A stretch of DNA of 64,000 nt from Trichoplax sp. H2 (Eukaryota), in NCBI GenBank assembly GCA_003344405.1, contig NOWV01000117.1, positions 62,001 to 126,000 of the forward strand, in the 5' to 3' direction. Shown one piece after another: positions 41,925 through 54,900 of this stretch. A program made the position numbers and the translations under genes. The notes below the pieces were generated by a model. That model had not been told where the DNA came from. It made no database searches and saw nothing but the letters and a program-made list of their open reading frames with translations. Position 1 is the stretch's first letter. Each line of letters starts with the position of its first letter.

Positions 41925-42535
41925 ACTATTTAAATAGAAAGGCAGGCAGAATAAGAAAGCGTAAACATCCACATCTACTGTACTGTATGCCCAGCCTACA
42001 CAAATATAATTGAAGAGTAAAATCAATCAGCAAAGTATGAACATAGTAGTGCGTACAGTATACTGTTTAAATACAGTAGAAAGCAGGCAGCATAAGAAAG
42101 TGTAAACGTCTACATCTACCGTACTGTATGCCCTGCCTACACAAATATAATTGAAGAGTAAAATCAAGTAGCAAAGTATGAACATGGTAGTATGTACAGT
42201 ATACTGTCCAAATAGAAAGGCAGGCAGAATAAGAAAGTGTAAACGTCTACATCTACCGTACTGTTATGCCCTGCCTACACAAATATAATTGAAGGTAAAA
42301 TCAAGCAGCAAAGTATGAACATGGTTGTACCAGGTCTAGTTGTACGTACAGTATACTATTTAAATGGAAAGGTAGGCAGAATAAGAAAGTGTAAACGTCT
42401 ACATCTACTGTACTGTACAGTATGCCCTGCCTACACAAATATAATATTTAAAGAGTAAAATCAAGCAGCAAACATGGTTGTACATACTTACTGTATACTG
42501 TCCAAGCAGAAAGGCAGGCAGAATAAGAAAGTGTA
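41925..42535. repeat. Tandem repeat, ~135-150 bp unit, 4 full copies plus 1 partial, upstream of Unc13
   Basis: The unit agaaaggcaggcagaataagaaagtgtaaacgtctacatctac.gtactgtatgccctgcctacacaaatataattgaagagtaaaatcaag.agcaaagtatgaacat starts at ~41932, 42076, 42210, 42362 and 42505. Confidence 0.92.
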
Positions 42536-42544
42536 TTGTGTGTA

Positions 42545-42700
42545 TTTTGCCTTGCTGTACAGTACAAACCCTACAGTGTACAGTACATCACTGTACTGTA
42601 CAGTGTACACTGTAGGGAGGCAGACAGGCCAGACGCCGTTATCTATGGTGCTACAGACTTTTCTTTCTTTTTTTAGCTGTACAGTATTGTAATGTACTGG
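42545..42700. repeat. (TACAG/CTGTA)n array about 220 bp upstream of the Unc13 ATG
   Basis: ctgtacagtacaaaccctacagtgtacagtacatcactgtactgtacagtgtacactgtag. Confidence 0.75.
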
Positions 42701-42913
42701 ACGGTAGAGACGGGACAATATCAACTGCAGTCTGCAGGTCAATTACCAACTGATAAAGTAACACAATCGTCTAGAACACTTTATTTTGCAATTTATTTAC
42801 ATCGGAGCGACTTGATCAATGGCCAGAATGTCTTGTGGCTAAGGACACTATTTCTGCCCTAGTCTAATTGTGCCTTGGATATCCAAGTTGATAGCAGCCG
42901 CAACATTATCATC

Positions 42914-45900
42914 ATGTCCTTACTTTGTATTCGAGGTATGTATCTTGTATTCAGCTTTCAAGGTGATGATCCAATATCTCCATATCTGTAGTGGTCATCA
43001 AATTTTCCATGGTCGATACTGGATGATAATACAGTGTCGTAACGGACTCCAGTTCATGATCATCATCTGCTACAAATTCATCTACTTTCGTTCTCTTAAA
43101 TTGATTACTGTGGATAGTGTTGATCGTTGGCGATGCTATCGTCCTAATTATATTCACTTGTCCAATTGGGATCCTTTCTCGTCTGTTATAGTACAGTACA
43201 TGAGCATTTTTTTCCCCCCCTTTCCATATCTTTTTCATTGATCGTCTTCATGTTAAGCCAACTACAATCCATTACTCATCATACTGTACCATGATGAATA
43301 GAAAGAAAGGGATAAGATAATGTTCTTGCCCCAATAACTTAGCATCGCCGTACTCCAGACAGCAAATTTGATGTCGTCATGTTTGCTATTTCTTTCTATT
43401 CAAATAGACGCGAACTTGTACAACACTTTAACAGGGATATCGATGATACGATGGCATAGACCTTTAAACCAAGTGGATTGATTCCATCTTGTCCATGCAA
43501 TCATTTCCATACACAATACTATCAAAATCCAACCGATCGATCCTTCTCATTTTATTATTCGATATCGTACTACGACTGCCAATCGTGAAGGAACATGATG
43601 AAGTAAACTTTGTCCATCGATAATCAATTTGGATATCAACGTATTAGAATGTTCGATGGAAGAGTCCATTTGTACTAGTTATCTACCAAGTTATTAAATC
43701 AAACTGACAAAATAGAACACTCTAGGCGTAGTCTATCAGTCTCAACTACCACCGAATTGAGTCATCATGAGGGTACTGTTGTGCCCAGTTGTGGAAGCGT
43801 GATGATGTTATTGAATTGGAAAGAATCGAAATGGACATGAATCAGTCGTTATACTTAGTAAGCTTTTCCGATCAACTTTTCTTATTTTGATAATGTTACC
43901 TTGTCTTCTGATTGAACTACCATGATAAAGAAAGACTGTAGCTACCCTGAGATACTAGATTAAGGTGATGGTCTTACCTTGGATAAATGTCATTTCATCA
44001 TCATCGTCATAAAACCAAACAACATGGTTAAAAATAAACTTCTACATTATTCCAAGCAGTTGTCTTCTTCTTTAAGCCTATTCAGTATACTTGTCATTCT
44101 ATCTTTCCATAAATTCGATAGTCGAAGAAGGACTTTCTACCTAAATGGAAATTGTCATCCATTACAGAAATAAATGCCATCGATTATGAAATGGCTTACA
44201 CTACAAATCAACTTGAATCATGTTCTTCCTCTATTTCATAGCACTGTACTGCATGCAGTAATCTTTTACCGATACAATAGATTTGAACTACAATTAATAA
44301 GGAAAAGAGCGACGTTTAGTAAATGCAGTTAATGAAATGAGGGGGAGAAAAAAAATCTCGGTTTTTGTATCCAGTTGGTGTAGTGAATATCTTGCATTAT
44401 GCTCGCTATTTCTATCCATTGGAATAGAGTTGTCATCCATTTGATCATCATGAATAAGAATCTGATGTGATAGCGCTAACCCAAGACGAACACTAGGGAA
44501 ATTCTTGAAAGAGGGAGAGTAAATGAAACATCTAGTTTGATGTTATGCTCTGTCATAATACTACAAATTTCCAATAGGATACTATCTGTCGTTCCAAAGC
44601 TCTTCCTTGCAGTATTCCACGTACAATAGCCTATTGCTATCTAATCTTGTAGAAAGATAATTTCTCCATTTCTGTACATAATAAAGAAAACAAATTTGAA
44701 AGCAAGCCTAAGAGTTATCTTTGTATATTAATGTATTTACCTAGCGTGACAAGAATTATATGCCTTGAATATTGTCCTACTGCTGGTTAAGAGGAGTTTA
44801 CTAAGAAAAAATTGAACAGTTGTTATAACTAATGACCATTCAAAATATCTAAGATAGATGATATTTTCTTCGTCTATCGTTTACTGATATCGACGGCCAT
44901 TTCGGCAGGAATTATTTTTATCATGGGAAATGCATTTGTTGCTGAACTCGTAGAGTAGTCTTAACTACTGCTTAGTATTTTTATCCCCTGTGAAGTACAT
45001 TAAATATAAGACTAAAAGATGACTTTTGTTGGCACTTTTTGTCTGTTTTGGCTATCGATTTTGTATTGCCATTATAAATTACTAGATAATAACATCCGCT
45101 TAAACGACTAATTTCATTTTTTTTCTCCTCTTTATGCTTTTTCTTCCAATACTTTTTCCCTCTCTCCTTGCTACTTTTCAACCATACAGTAAGAAAAGCA
45201 AGAATACGCTGCCCTGGTGCAGGTTAGTAAATCTTGAAATGGTATTAAAGTATAAGATAATATTTTCTAAATTGACTTTATCTACATGGAAAAAGTGGAA
45301 CTGTCATTCAAAAAGTTTCCATCGTAATTTTTCTGTGTCGTCAATGCTGCTAAGTTATACATTTTCTTTTTTTTTGCCGATACTTTTCACCTTTATTGAC
45401 AATATTGATTCAGGGCCGTTTGTTTGTTCATCGGTAGAGTAGCCTCGTTAATAAGAGTGTATCGCGATATATTTTCAACTTATTGTTAATAATATGCCGT
45501 GATGAATCATTGGCGAAATCCTTTCCTATCCATTATTTTATTCATAAGAGTGAAAATAAGGGTATTTCTCATCACCTTTGCATCGTCTGATATCATGATT
45601 GACTTTGGAATTTTGTCACAATCAGTCACTCGATATCTGTGCGGAATATCATGGACAAATTGTAATTTTAATGCAGCCTGCTACATCTTTAATTCCCTCT
45701 CTCAAGTTGAGATTGGCCAATCAAAAAGAGAAGAATATCTTGTAGCATAACTACAGTACTTGATCGGCGAATATCACTTTCAATTAATCGACGCTGTGAT
45801 CTAGTTTGATCAGAGATTTTTCCCATTTCTTTGACTACCTGATACTAAAGGCAGTATTATTAATTAACTCCTGAAGTGATTTTATTCCACTAGTAATATT

Positions 45901-48900
45901 GTTCATAATGATAATAATAATCATCATCATCATCAATGAGTTCTGTAAATGTCGATCTATTTCGTCATTCACAATCTAACTGTTTACTTTAGAGATAGGG
46001 CTAATTCCTATCCTAGTGCAAATTCCAAAGATCGTTTTCCTTCAAGCTACAAAGCACATCCGATTACATTTATCCATATTCAACAATTTGTCACTCCAAG
46101 GCAAAGTGAGATGAAAATTAATTCCACAGTCGGTTACTGTCGTCAAGATAATGAGAAAGTTCCGCTATCCTCCACTCAATACTGTATCTTCTTAAATACC
46201 TCATTTAGCCGGATACTTTTATTCCTATCTGCACAAATAACAGTGCATTAAAGTAAAAATGGATAAGAGAGAATTCTAAGAAAGCAATTTCCCTTTTGAA
46301 CTACTTGCAAAAATCGACGATAGACTCAGGACGCGACACGTTGATATTATCATGATAACAAGAAAATAACCCATTGATGGGTTTTCCTGCCTCTTGTTTT
46401 CATGTTGAAGTTCTATTTCTAAATTTACTACATGATAGGGTGTGAAAATGCTTGATGAAATGTGCTAGACAGAAAACAGTTCAGTGATAATTATAATCAT
46501 GCCATATAGGCTAGAAAGTTGTTTGCTTTTATTTTCACGCTAGTGTTTGTCATTAAATAGAATTATGCTCGTATGTTGACATTTTTTTTCCGATCAGCCA
46601 TGGCTACTCGATTGACTCATTTCAATCTGATTGATCATCCAAGTGATGATGTGGACCTATCTATTTTCTTATTTTTAAAGTGAGGATCAAATCATTTCCT
46701 GTTTCTCCCTGCAAATAAAAAAAAAAAAGCTACGGATAGTGTATAATAACTAGGGCAAGGATAGTAAGATTGATTTGTAGAATAATGGAGTCATAGAATC
46801 ACGTAGCATAGAAGAGTTATTGTCGACAAACTGTCTCTCTGTATTGTATAGAATCATGGCAAATTTTCCCATGTTTACTCAATCTTATTAATTAAGACGG
46901 AATAGATCGACCAGGTGCTGAGTAGAATGAGAGATACAATGTCCAATATTTTTTCTCTCTCTCTGTCGATAAGATTGAATTACTCGTTTAGAGTAGTCTT
47001 CTCCAAAAAGGTCAAATTGGTAGTCATGGTCAATTTTATAAATTCAGACCGTCGTCTTAATCTTCATAATAAAAAAAGGAATAGGACAAGAACTTGTATT
47101 TCATATTCATGTCACTTTATTACATAAATTAGCTCTTCTAACAAGGCCTGTGCTGATAGTTTTACAATCTAACGTACAAATATGATGTATCTTGTGATTG
47201 CATTACAATCGAAATATTGAAATTCAATTGCCTTTTTTTGGGGGGGGGGCGACTCTCATAGCTATCATGCAAATAGAATTTAGAATTTATCTTTTCTACG
47301 GTAGAGCATGATCTAAGTATAGAATGAAATCATTCTTCTTGTTGTCATTGCAATGTCGACAATGCAATAAGGAAATTAATTCTATACACGGAAACTATTC
47401 GTCAGCGTTAATTTTCCTTGACAATATGGAAAGAGTCTCTTTTTAGCATTGTCATTCCTGGAGAATGATTAGGAAGTTGGAAAATCTTGATATTGTACAG
47501 TATTAACAAGGTACAAACGGATCAATGTTAGCCAACTCAATTGAATCTTGTATACTTTGATTCTTGTAGTAGAACGACTAGATTCATACTTTCATTTCGA
47601 TCCAAATCGATTTTTTTCTACTTGTGGTTTTTCATCATACCTACAAACATTGACTGTTAGGACTAAAATAACCAGTGGAACGGTCAATCTGATCATTGTC
47701 CTTGGCTATGCAAAACATTCATTATATCCCAGCTAATTTTATTTTTTTGTCTCTTTATTTTTTATTCTATAAAGACACTGTTTCTTTTACTGTGTTGAGA
47801 CGATTACAGAAGATTAATTAGAATATTCAACTGTAGCCTGTACTGTTGAAGTATCTTTATTTTATTAACCTGGATCGATTAGAAGATAAAAATAACTTTC
47901 CTCGATACGATCATATTGTCGCTTTACAATAACAAACTTAGCTTGCAGTGGATATCAATGACAGTATAGACTATCCGGTAATCCATCCTCCAATCAAACT
48001 AGTTACATACTATGATGATAGAATATACTCTAGCTAAAAGAATGATCCCTTCCTTGCCGACAAGACGTACATTATTTCTCAGCTTGACGAACACTGCCAA
48101 TGATTCAAAGTCGTAAATTGACTTTGTAAACTAGAAAGTAGAATAGAAAGAAATCTCGGATAAAAAAAGGAGTGATTGCTTCTTGTCAAGTCATTGATGC
48201 TATAAGCAATATTTGTTTGATTAGAAAAATAAATGAGTAAAAGAATCTTAATCAATGTAACCAGATGTAAATCAAATTAATTATCATCTAATTTCCTAAC
48301 TTGCACCTACTGTATTGTGATCTCGATCTCTATCATCCTGTATTTCATTCTCCCCTATCCAGCCAAAAAAAAAAATGGATAAGTAGCCCCTTGAATCCCT
48401 TGAGCCAGATTTAGAGTTTTTCTCATCTGTATTAAATTCCTTTAGGCTTTTAAACTGTCTCTTCTCTTATTCTAATAAATATTCTCTTGATTCCATCTCT
48501 ACTTGTCTACGTTCTACGTAATGCCACTACTGTAGCTTCACATTCAATGTTATATCTCTATAAAGTATTTCTCCTCTGATTGCAATTGTAATCACTACCG
48601 AGTATCTATCCCTTTCTTCTAAGCTCTACCTGATAGAACTACATTCACATCAACAGTTACATTTTTAAAATAGTTCCCTGATTGCCATTCTACTTTGTGC
48701 CTAAATTGTGCAATAACACACACCTTTCACATCCTTCGCAATAATACTATAAGGATAATGATTTTGAGTAATGGAAAAAATTTAAAAGTGCTGCACAAGT
48801 ATTATAATCTCCTCTGCCTTTATAAAATGATCGGGCTAATCATGTACTGTGTTAAGGCACATGCTTAATCAAGATCCTTTCGAAACAAACGATAAAAAAA

Positions 48901-51900
48901 GGTTTTAAACTCTCGAAACTGTGATCAATTTTATGTATAGAAGAGCTAGGGATTAGACTTGAAATAACTAAACTTCTATATTTAAAAAGAAAGGTATTCA
49001 ACCTTTCCAACTATCCTTAAATAGGTGAATACAATAATAAACTAAAGTGATTTGTAACCTACGGTAGACATTGATTAGATTTTAATGGAGTCTGATGAAT
49101 CATGACTCTCTTTGGCCCGAGAAAAAAAACTTGACGTCTTACCCTAGGCGTTCCTTACCATTTAAGCCATAATTATCATGATATTAGTAATATACACGGC
49201 ATAATCTTCCATGGCAGTACAACAAGACATAGAGTTTCAATGTTACACTAATGAAAAATGCTGATATGTATATTCTAGAGATCTCTTTTGCCCTTTTGAC
49301 ATTCAACAAACATCAAATCCAACATTGTGCTCGAGATGAATGTATCGATTGCAAACATATTTTGCTATCGGAATTCGAAACTTTTGCAGTAGCACTAAAT
49401 TAGTTTTCATCAATGAAAACAATCCAATTTTCCTGCTTGGAAATAGAAACACCATAGCATGTTGAGAATGAACATCACTTTTAGGTTAAATCTAGAAATT
49501 TAAAACGTTTTAGAATGGCACTTAATTCGTAAAAACTATCCATTAGGGATGTAATTTTCTTCTGTTACGTGTAAATGGTTGTGTCAAAGAAGCTTGAGAA
49601 TACGCACAACTTGTGCGTTAATTAAAGAGGTCTCAAGTCTGAAATTATGCTTAGCTTGATATCATAACTGTTTCAAATATATCCTTTGTTATCTATAACG
49701 AAACTGAATTTTTTTTATTTTCCATTTACACTGAATTAATATTCATCCTATTACAGCTGCAAAGTTTTACGACATGTGAATAACTGTACCAATTTATAAA
49801 GTCTTTTTGCTTATTAATGAATTCCAAATACTCGTATTAAATAAGAATTCTAAGTTTTTTTCTTCGTTTGCAGAAAACATGAAGTGTTACGTTGTGCTCA
49901 AGTTACAGAATGTTAGCTCAGCAACTGGTATATTGAAAGGGCCTGATCCTGAGTGGGAAGAAGATTTCACGTTGTAAGTTATTCTATTCTTTCTTGCAAT
50001 TCAAGAGTGTTTGATTTTTCCCTTCTCTCCAAAATATGATGCAATTTTCTTTAGTCGATAATACGAGCACTTCCAATATTATATCCATTCACGGTATTGT
50101 GGCCTAATGCATATACGTACATGATAATTAATCAAGTTGCGACTGATGATGACTGAATAAACGATTAGGAAGGGTCAAAAAAGTGGAAGAATACGCCTCG
50201 TTGATCGTGAATCTATTTTAATTTTTTCCCTTTTTCATCTTACAATTACTTTCTATAAAACGTCTTGAGGCTGAAAAATATTACATTCACTTTCTCGTGG
50301 CTTATCGGTGATATAATATTGTAGGATTATTCTAGTCGATTACTAGGCCAGTCCTAGATACGATAGAAGATATCTTCTATGCTCCTAAAATTATGTTCTA
50401 TTCGATCTACCATGGATTACTATTTTAAGTAGCCGATGGATCTACTTGTTATGAGTTAAAAGAGGTTTCAGTTGTCATCTTAACTGGCTCCATCAACAGA
50501 GAATTGACAGCAGTTGATATTATTGCCAACCGTTATTTTGAACCATTATTTTGCATCATACGTAGTACGGTAACTTGTAGGACTATAGAATCAGCTCTAT
50601 TTGACCTATTTCGCCATAGGATAAAATAAACTGAAAAAAAAGGAGATTCTTGTTCTTTCCCTAAGTTAGCTCTATGGATAGAGAGTTTACAATATATTCT
50701 ATGTAGAATAGTGGTAGAATAGGCTAGCCACTGCCTATCTGTTTCTTTTCCTTTCCACCTATTTGATCTTACTTTAGATATTATAAGATACAAGAAGTTA
50801 CTACTGTTTCCCTTGGCTAGATATAGCAGTATAGTAGAGAGTTCATAAAATATTATAATTAGAATTATCCAAGAATATGCCAGTCATAAGCCAATGTCTT
50901 TATCCGAATGATTATTTATGATTTTATGTGTCTTTAGTGAAACAACTGGTATGCCTTTCATTAACTAGATCCATCGGTAAAGAGTTGACAAGCTTTTATT
51001 TCAAACTAGAATAAGCCAAAGAATATAGCAATTATACTACATTTTTCCCCCTTTCTTTTTATCTAATCGTTTAGTTAAATGAAGATAACCATCTTAACTA
51101 CAACCAGACGTATTTTAATCCACTTATACCCTATGAAGTTCTAACTTAATAAACTTCTAGTGACTTAGTCTTTCCATAGATACAATATAGTAAGTACTAT
51201 TCTAGTCGAAAAATATATCATGTGTTCTGGTCTATCCATTTCAATTCTCTTTCTATCTTGTCATTATCTTAGAGAATAGTATGGCAAGTTATAGGTTATA
51301 CAATCTGTACGTATAATCACTCCTATATGATCACTGGATATACTAGCTAATTGTAGCTTGAATATTTTTTGGTGTTATTACCCTTTTCCCCTTGGTCATT
51401 CGATGCCATAAATCTACTAATCCATTTGTCACTTTTTAAAGTTGATCTCCATAAGAGTCATAATACGATTTAGAAGTAGTTTTTATGACATCATGATGAT
51501 AAAATAGCTAAAATTACAAGTCATAATCAATCACTTTTAAATCCCTTTCCTTTCATTATCATCAATCATGTAAGACAAATCTTATTTGCTTATTTCTATT
51601 CAATCAACAATGATAGCTTATGAATTAAAGTTAAAAATAATTCGCAAAAATGAATTTTAAAACTCTCCTCTAGTAATCATTGACCTATCTTAAGGATCAG
51701 CTCTATTTCATCTATGAACACTGTAATACTCTTAGAAGTAAAATAACCTTGAGAATTAGTGATCATTGTTGTTTCTCCTCATAGCCTGATCATTCGGTAG
51801 GCAATAATTGAAATATACGGGTATACTATATTCGTTTCCTCTTCTAACTTCCTCCCTTTCCTCTCTATTTTATCTCTCTTTCTTTACAACTTCTGATATT

Positions 51901-54900
51901 CTTGTCTAAGCGTTTACACCCAGTGTAAAATGCAATACCCATATTATCATTATTTATATTAATTTGATTAATTATTAAAGTAGTATCAATACATCCAAAC
52001 GAAAATAACTATGCCGTAACCAATCTTAATTATATGAAAGAGAAAATGTGAAATCTATTGATTACTGATGACAATAATCATCAAAGTAACTATATAAATC
52101 AAAATACAACATGCGATATGATCGACAATCAAGATGCCCTTTGATATAAAATTAGAAGTGCTTGTAATAAATAGGCACCACAATTTAATCAGTACATCTG
52201 TTGTATACTCGTTATTTTATAAATTGTTTCACTGTATGCATGTCATCATTTTCTTACCCGAATCCTTAATGGAGTAAAAATTCTTCACCGTAACAGTAAT
52301 TATCATAGGTGCAAGCTCAAACACTACGGTAATAAATTAGTTATCAATGATGTTCCGACTTATCCTTTTTGAATGCAAAGACCGGGCGGTGAACTAATGT
52401 AATAATCAAATTATCTAGTCTAAATGAGATGATTCCCATGTACATTTCCCGTCGAGTTTGCCATCTCTTTTGGTCTAGTATCTTTACGAAGTCGTTATAA
52501 TAAATAATAATAATATATCTGGATTAGAGAATAAATTGAACATTACTGTCTGCAAAGGGAATGGGATCATCTAGCGACATTATTTGCACTTATTTAAATT
52601 TTTTAAGACATCATCGGAAGCAAAACTGTTAAAATAACCGTACTTATGATAAGAATCAACACCAGTGTACTATTCGATTCATTCAGGGTCAATCTGGCGA
52701 CTCTTTTTCTCTTTATACACTAGATACTACTGTAACTCCAATCTTAACATGAATGTATACCACTACAGTTACTGTTATTTTTTCTTTATTTCTATCCTTA
52801 ATATATAATAGCCTTTGTACAACTAATCCTGGCTAACTCCTTCCTGATGTTATTGTTAATCTATTATGACTTTCTAGTGTTGTAAAAAAGTAGATCATCA
52901 TTTCATAAAAATTGTTGACAAAAGCAATTTTTCATCATATATAATTTCGCAGATAAAACAGCGCTATCATGGTGTAATGAAATATATTTATATCTATGTT
53001 GACTCATACAATTATCAATTTCGCATACAAATTTACCGAAGAGCATCATCACTTCAAGCCTACCAATTTCAATACCTTCGTAACCTTATAAGAATCCATC
53101 GTAGTTATAAATAATATGGAAACTTAATGTGAAATTGATTGTTGATCAAAACTAATTTCTCATTATGTGTAATTTAGCGTGTAGACATTATAATAGATAT
53201 CAGTACGTATCTGAAGCAGTACACAGAGAGGATTATCAATTTCAGACATGATATATCCAAGAGTATCATTTCAAGCCTTAGTACTAATTTAAAATACATT
53301 GCTTATCATATGAGAATCCATCATATTTATAAATGATGAAAGATATTTTGATACCCAGGTAAAAATATCGATTGTAGTGATTAAGTGAGTGAAAAAATAA
53401 TTAAAGCAAATGAATCCATTTTTAAAAATCAAATCCAACTGCAATATCATATTAAAGCTGTAATCAAAAATGACGAATACTTGAACAGCGTAGCTATCTC
53501 TGCAGTTAATGAAAAAGCTGTACATTAATCAGATCGCTTTTTTATTGTTAATTCAAGCTTTGTCTAGTCTAGATTTACATTACTGTTGCCATATTATAAC
53601 CTATTTCCGAATATTGTTTCAATTGTCTATCATAATGTTATTATTTCTAAGTGACGAATTAGGTAATATGGCAAATTCAAATTGATTGATTGATGATACT
53701 GATTGGTACTCATGACATTACTATTAATTGCTCAAGTATAATTATCGATATGTTTATAGTAGCCTGCTCAAATATATGATAAAATCTTTGCATAATGAAT
53801 TGTTTAAACAACATCGAGACGTGAAAAGATGAGAAAAACGTAATGAAAGACACAATTAGAGACTCCCATTATATAGCGCTAGGTAGAGCTATAAAATTAA
53901 AAATTTCTGAGCTGCTAGATAATTATAGAATTATCTAGCGGTCAAATTTGTTAGCAGCACATATATTGATATTTGCCGTGTTACAGTAAAATAATGCCAT
54001 GATAATCATATTAAATAAGCCAAAAGCTACACCGTAATAAATCTTTCTACTTTTACACGTGCTTCGATAAGAGTACGGTAGCTAAATAATAGAAGTATTT
54101 AAACCTGAGTCAATTTTTTTAGTTAATATTATGTATAGACCTTAAGAGGAAAGATAGACAGTTTACTTCGTATGATTATTAGAATTATTAATTCTGTAAT
54201 ACACAGTCTAGCATAGACTTTGTATCAGGATTTAGATTTGTAGTGCAATAAGTCTAATACTTATGGTTTAGAAATACTAATAATAAGAAACTTATATGCT
54301 CGTACTTTGAAGGGCTATTATTGCACTGAAAATTTTAATTGGCTAGCACATAGTAAAATCCATTTTATCAGCCTTGTAAGTATAGCTTCTAACATTGCAA
54401 TAGTAAGCCCTCACTGCTACGATAGCTGCAGGTAATTTTAAAATTTGAAAAACTACACACAGCATTAGAACGCATAACAACTTTAATAATTTGATAGATG
54501 CAAAGCTTACTGTAGCCAATTTGCAATATCATGATTACATTATCATTACACGATTGCTATTAACATTTTTCAATCCATCCTACTGGAGAAAAATAACATA
54601 TTAAATTATTTAATATAGTCTACTTCGAGCAAAATTAGTTGGATAAGCAGGCGGCTATCTCGACTTTGAACATTTTAAATTTTTAAATCTATCGCCTTAA
54701 ATTACATATTTTTAATCATGTTGTTGATATTTTTAATTAATATGTAGCTTATTCGAGCATCAGAATAGAAAACTTCAGTATTTATAATCTAAATTATACA
54801 AATTCCTAAAAACACGCGTAGAAGTTATAAAAGTTGAACCTGAAAAAAATGCTCTAATAATCTTCGTTATTGCATTTAGTCATTTTAACTGACTAGTCCT

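Noticed and set aside
49757-49775. Possible alternative Unc13 exon 2 (AAKFYD-like)
   Set aside because: The donor is weak and its exit phase is incompatible with exon 3; the exon at 45190-45222 fits in phase.
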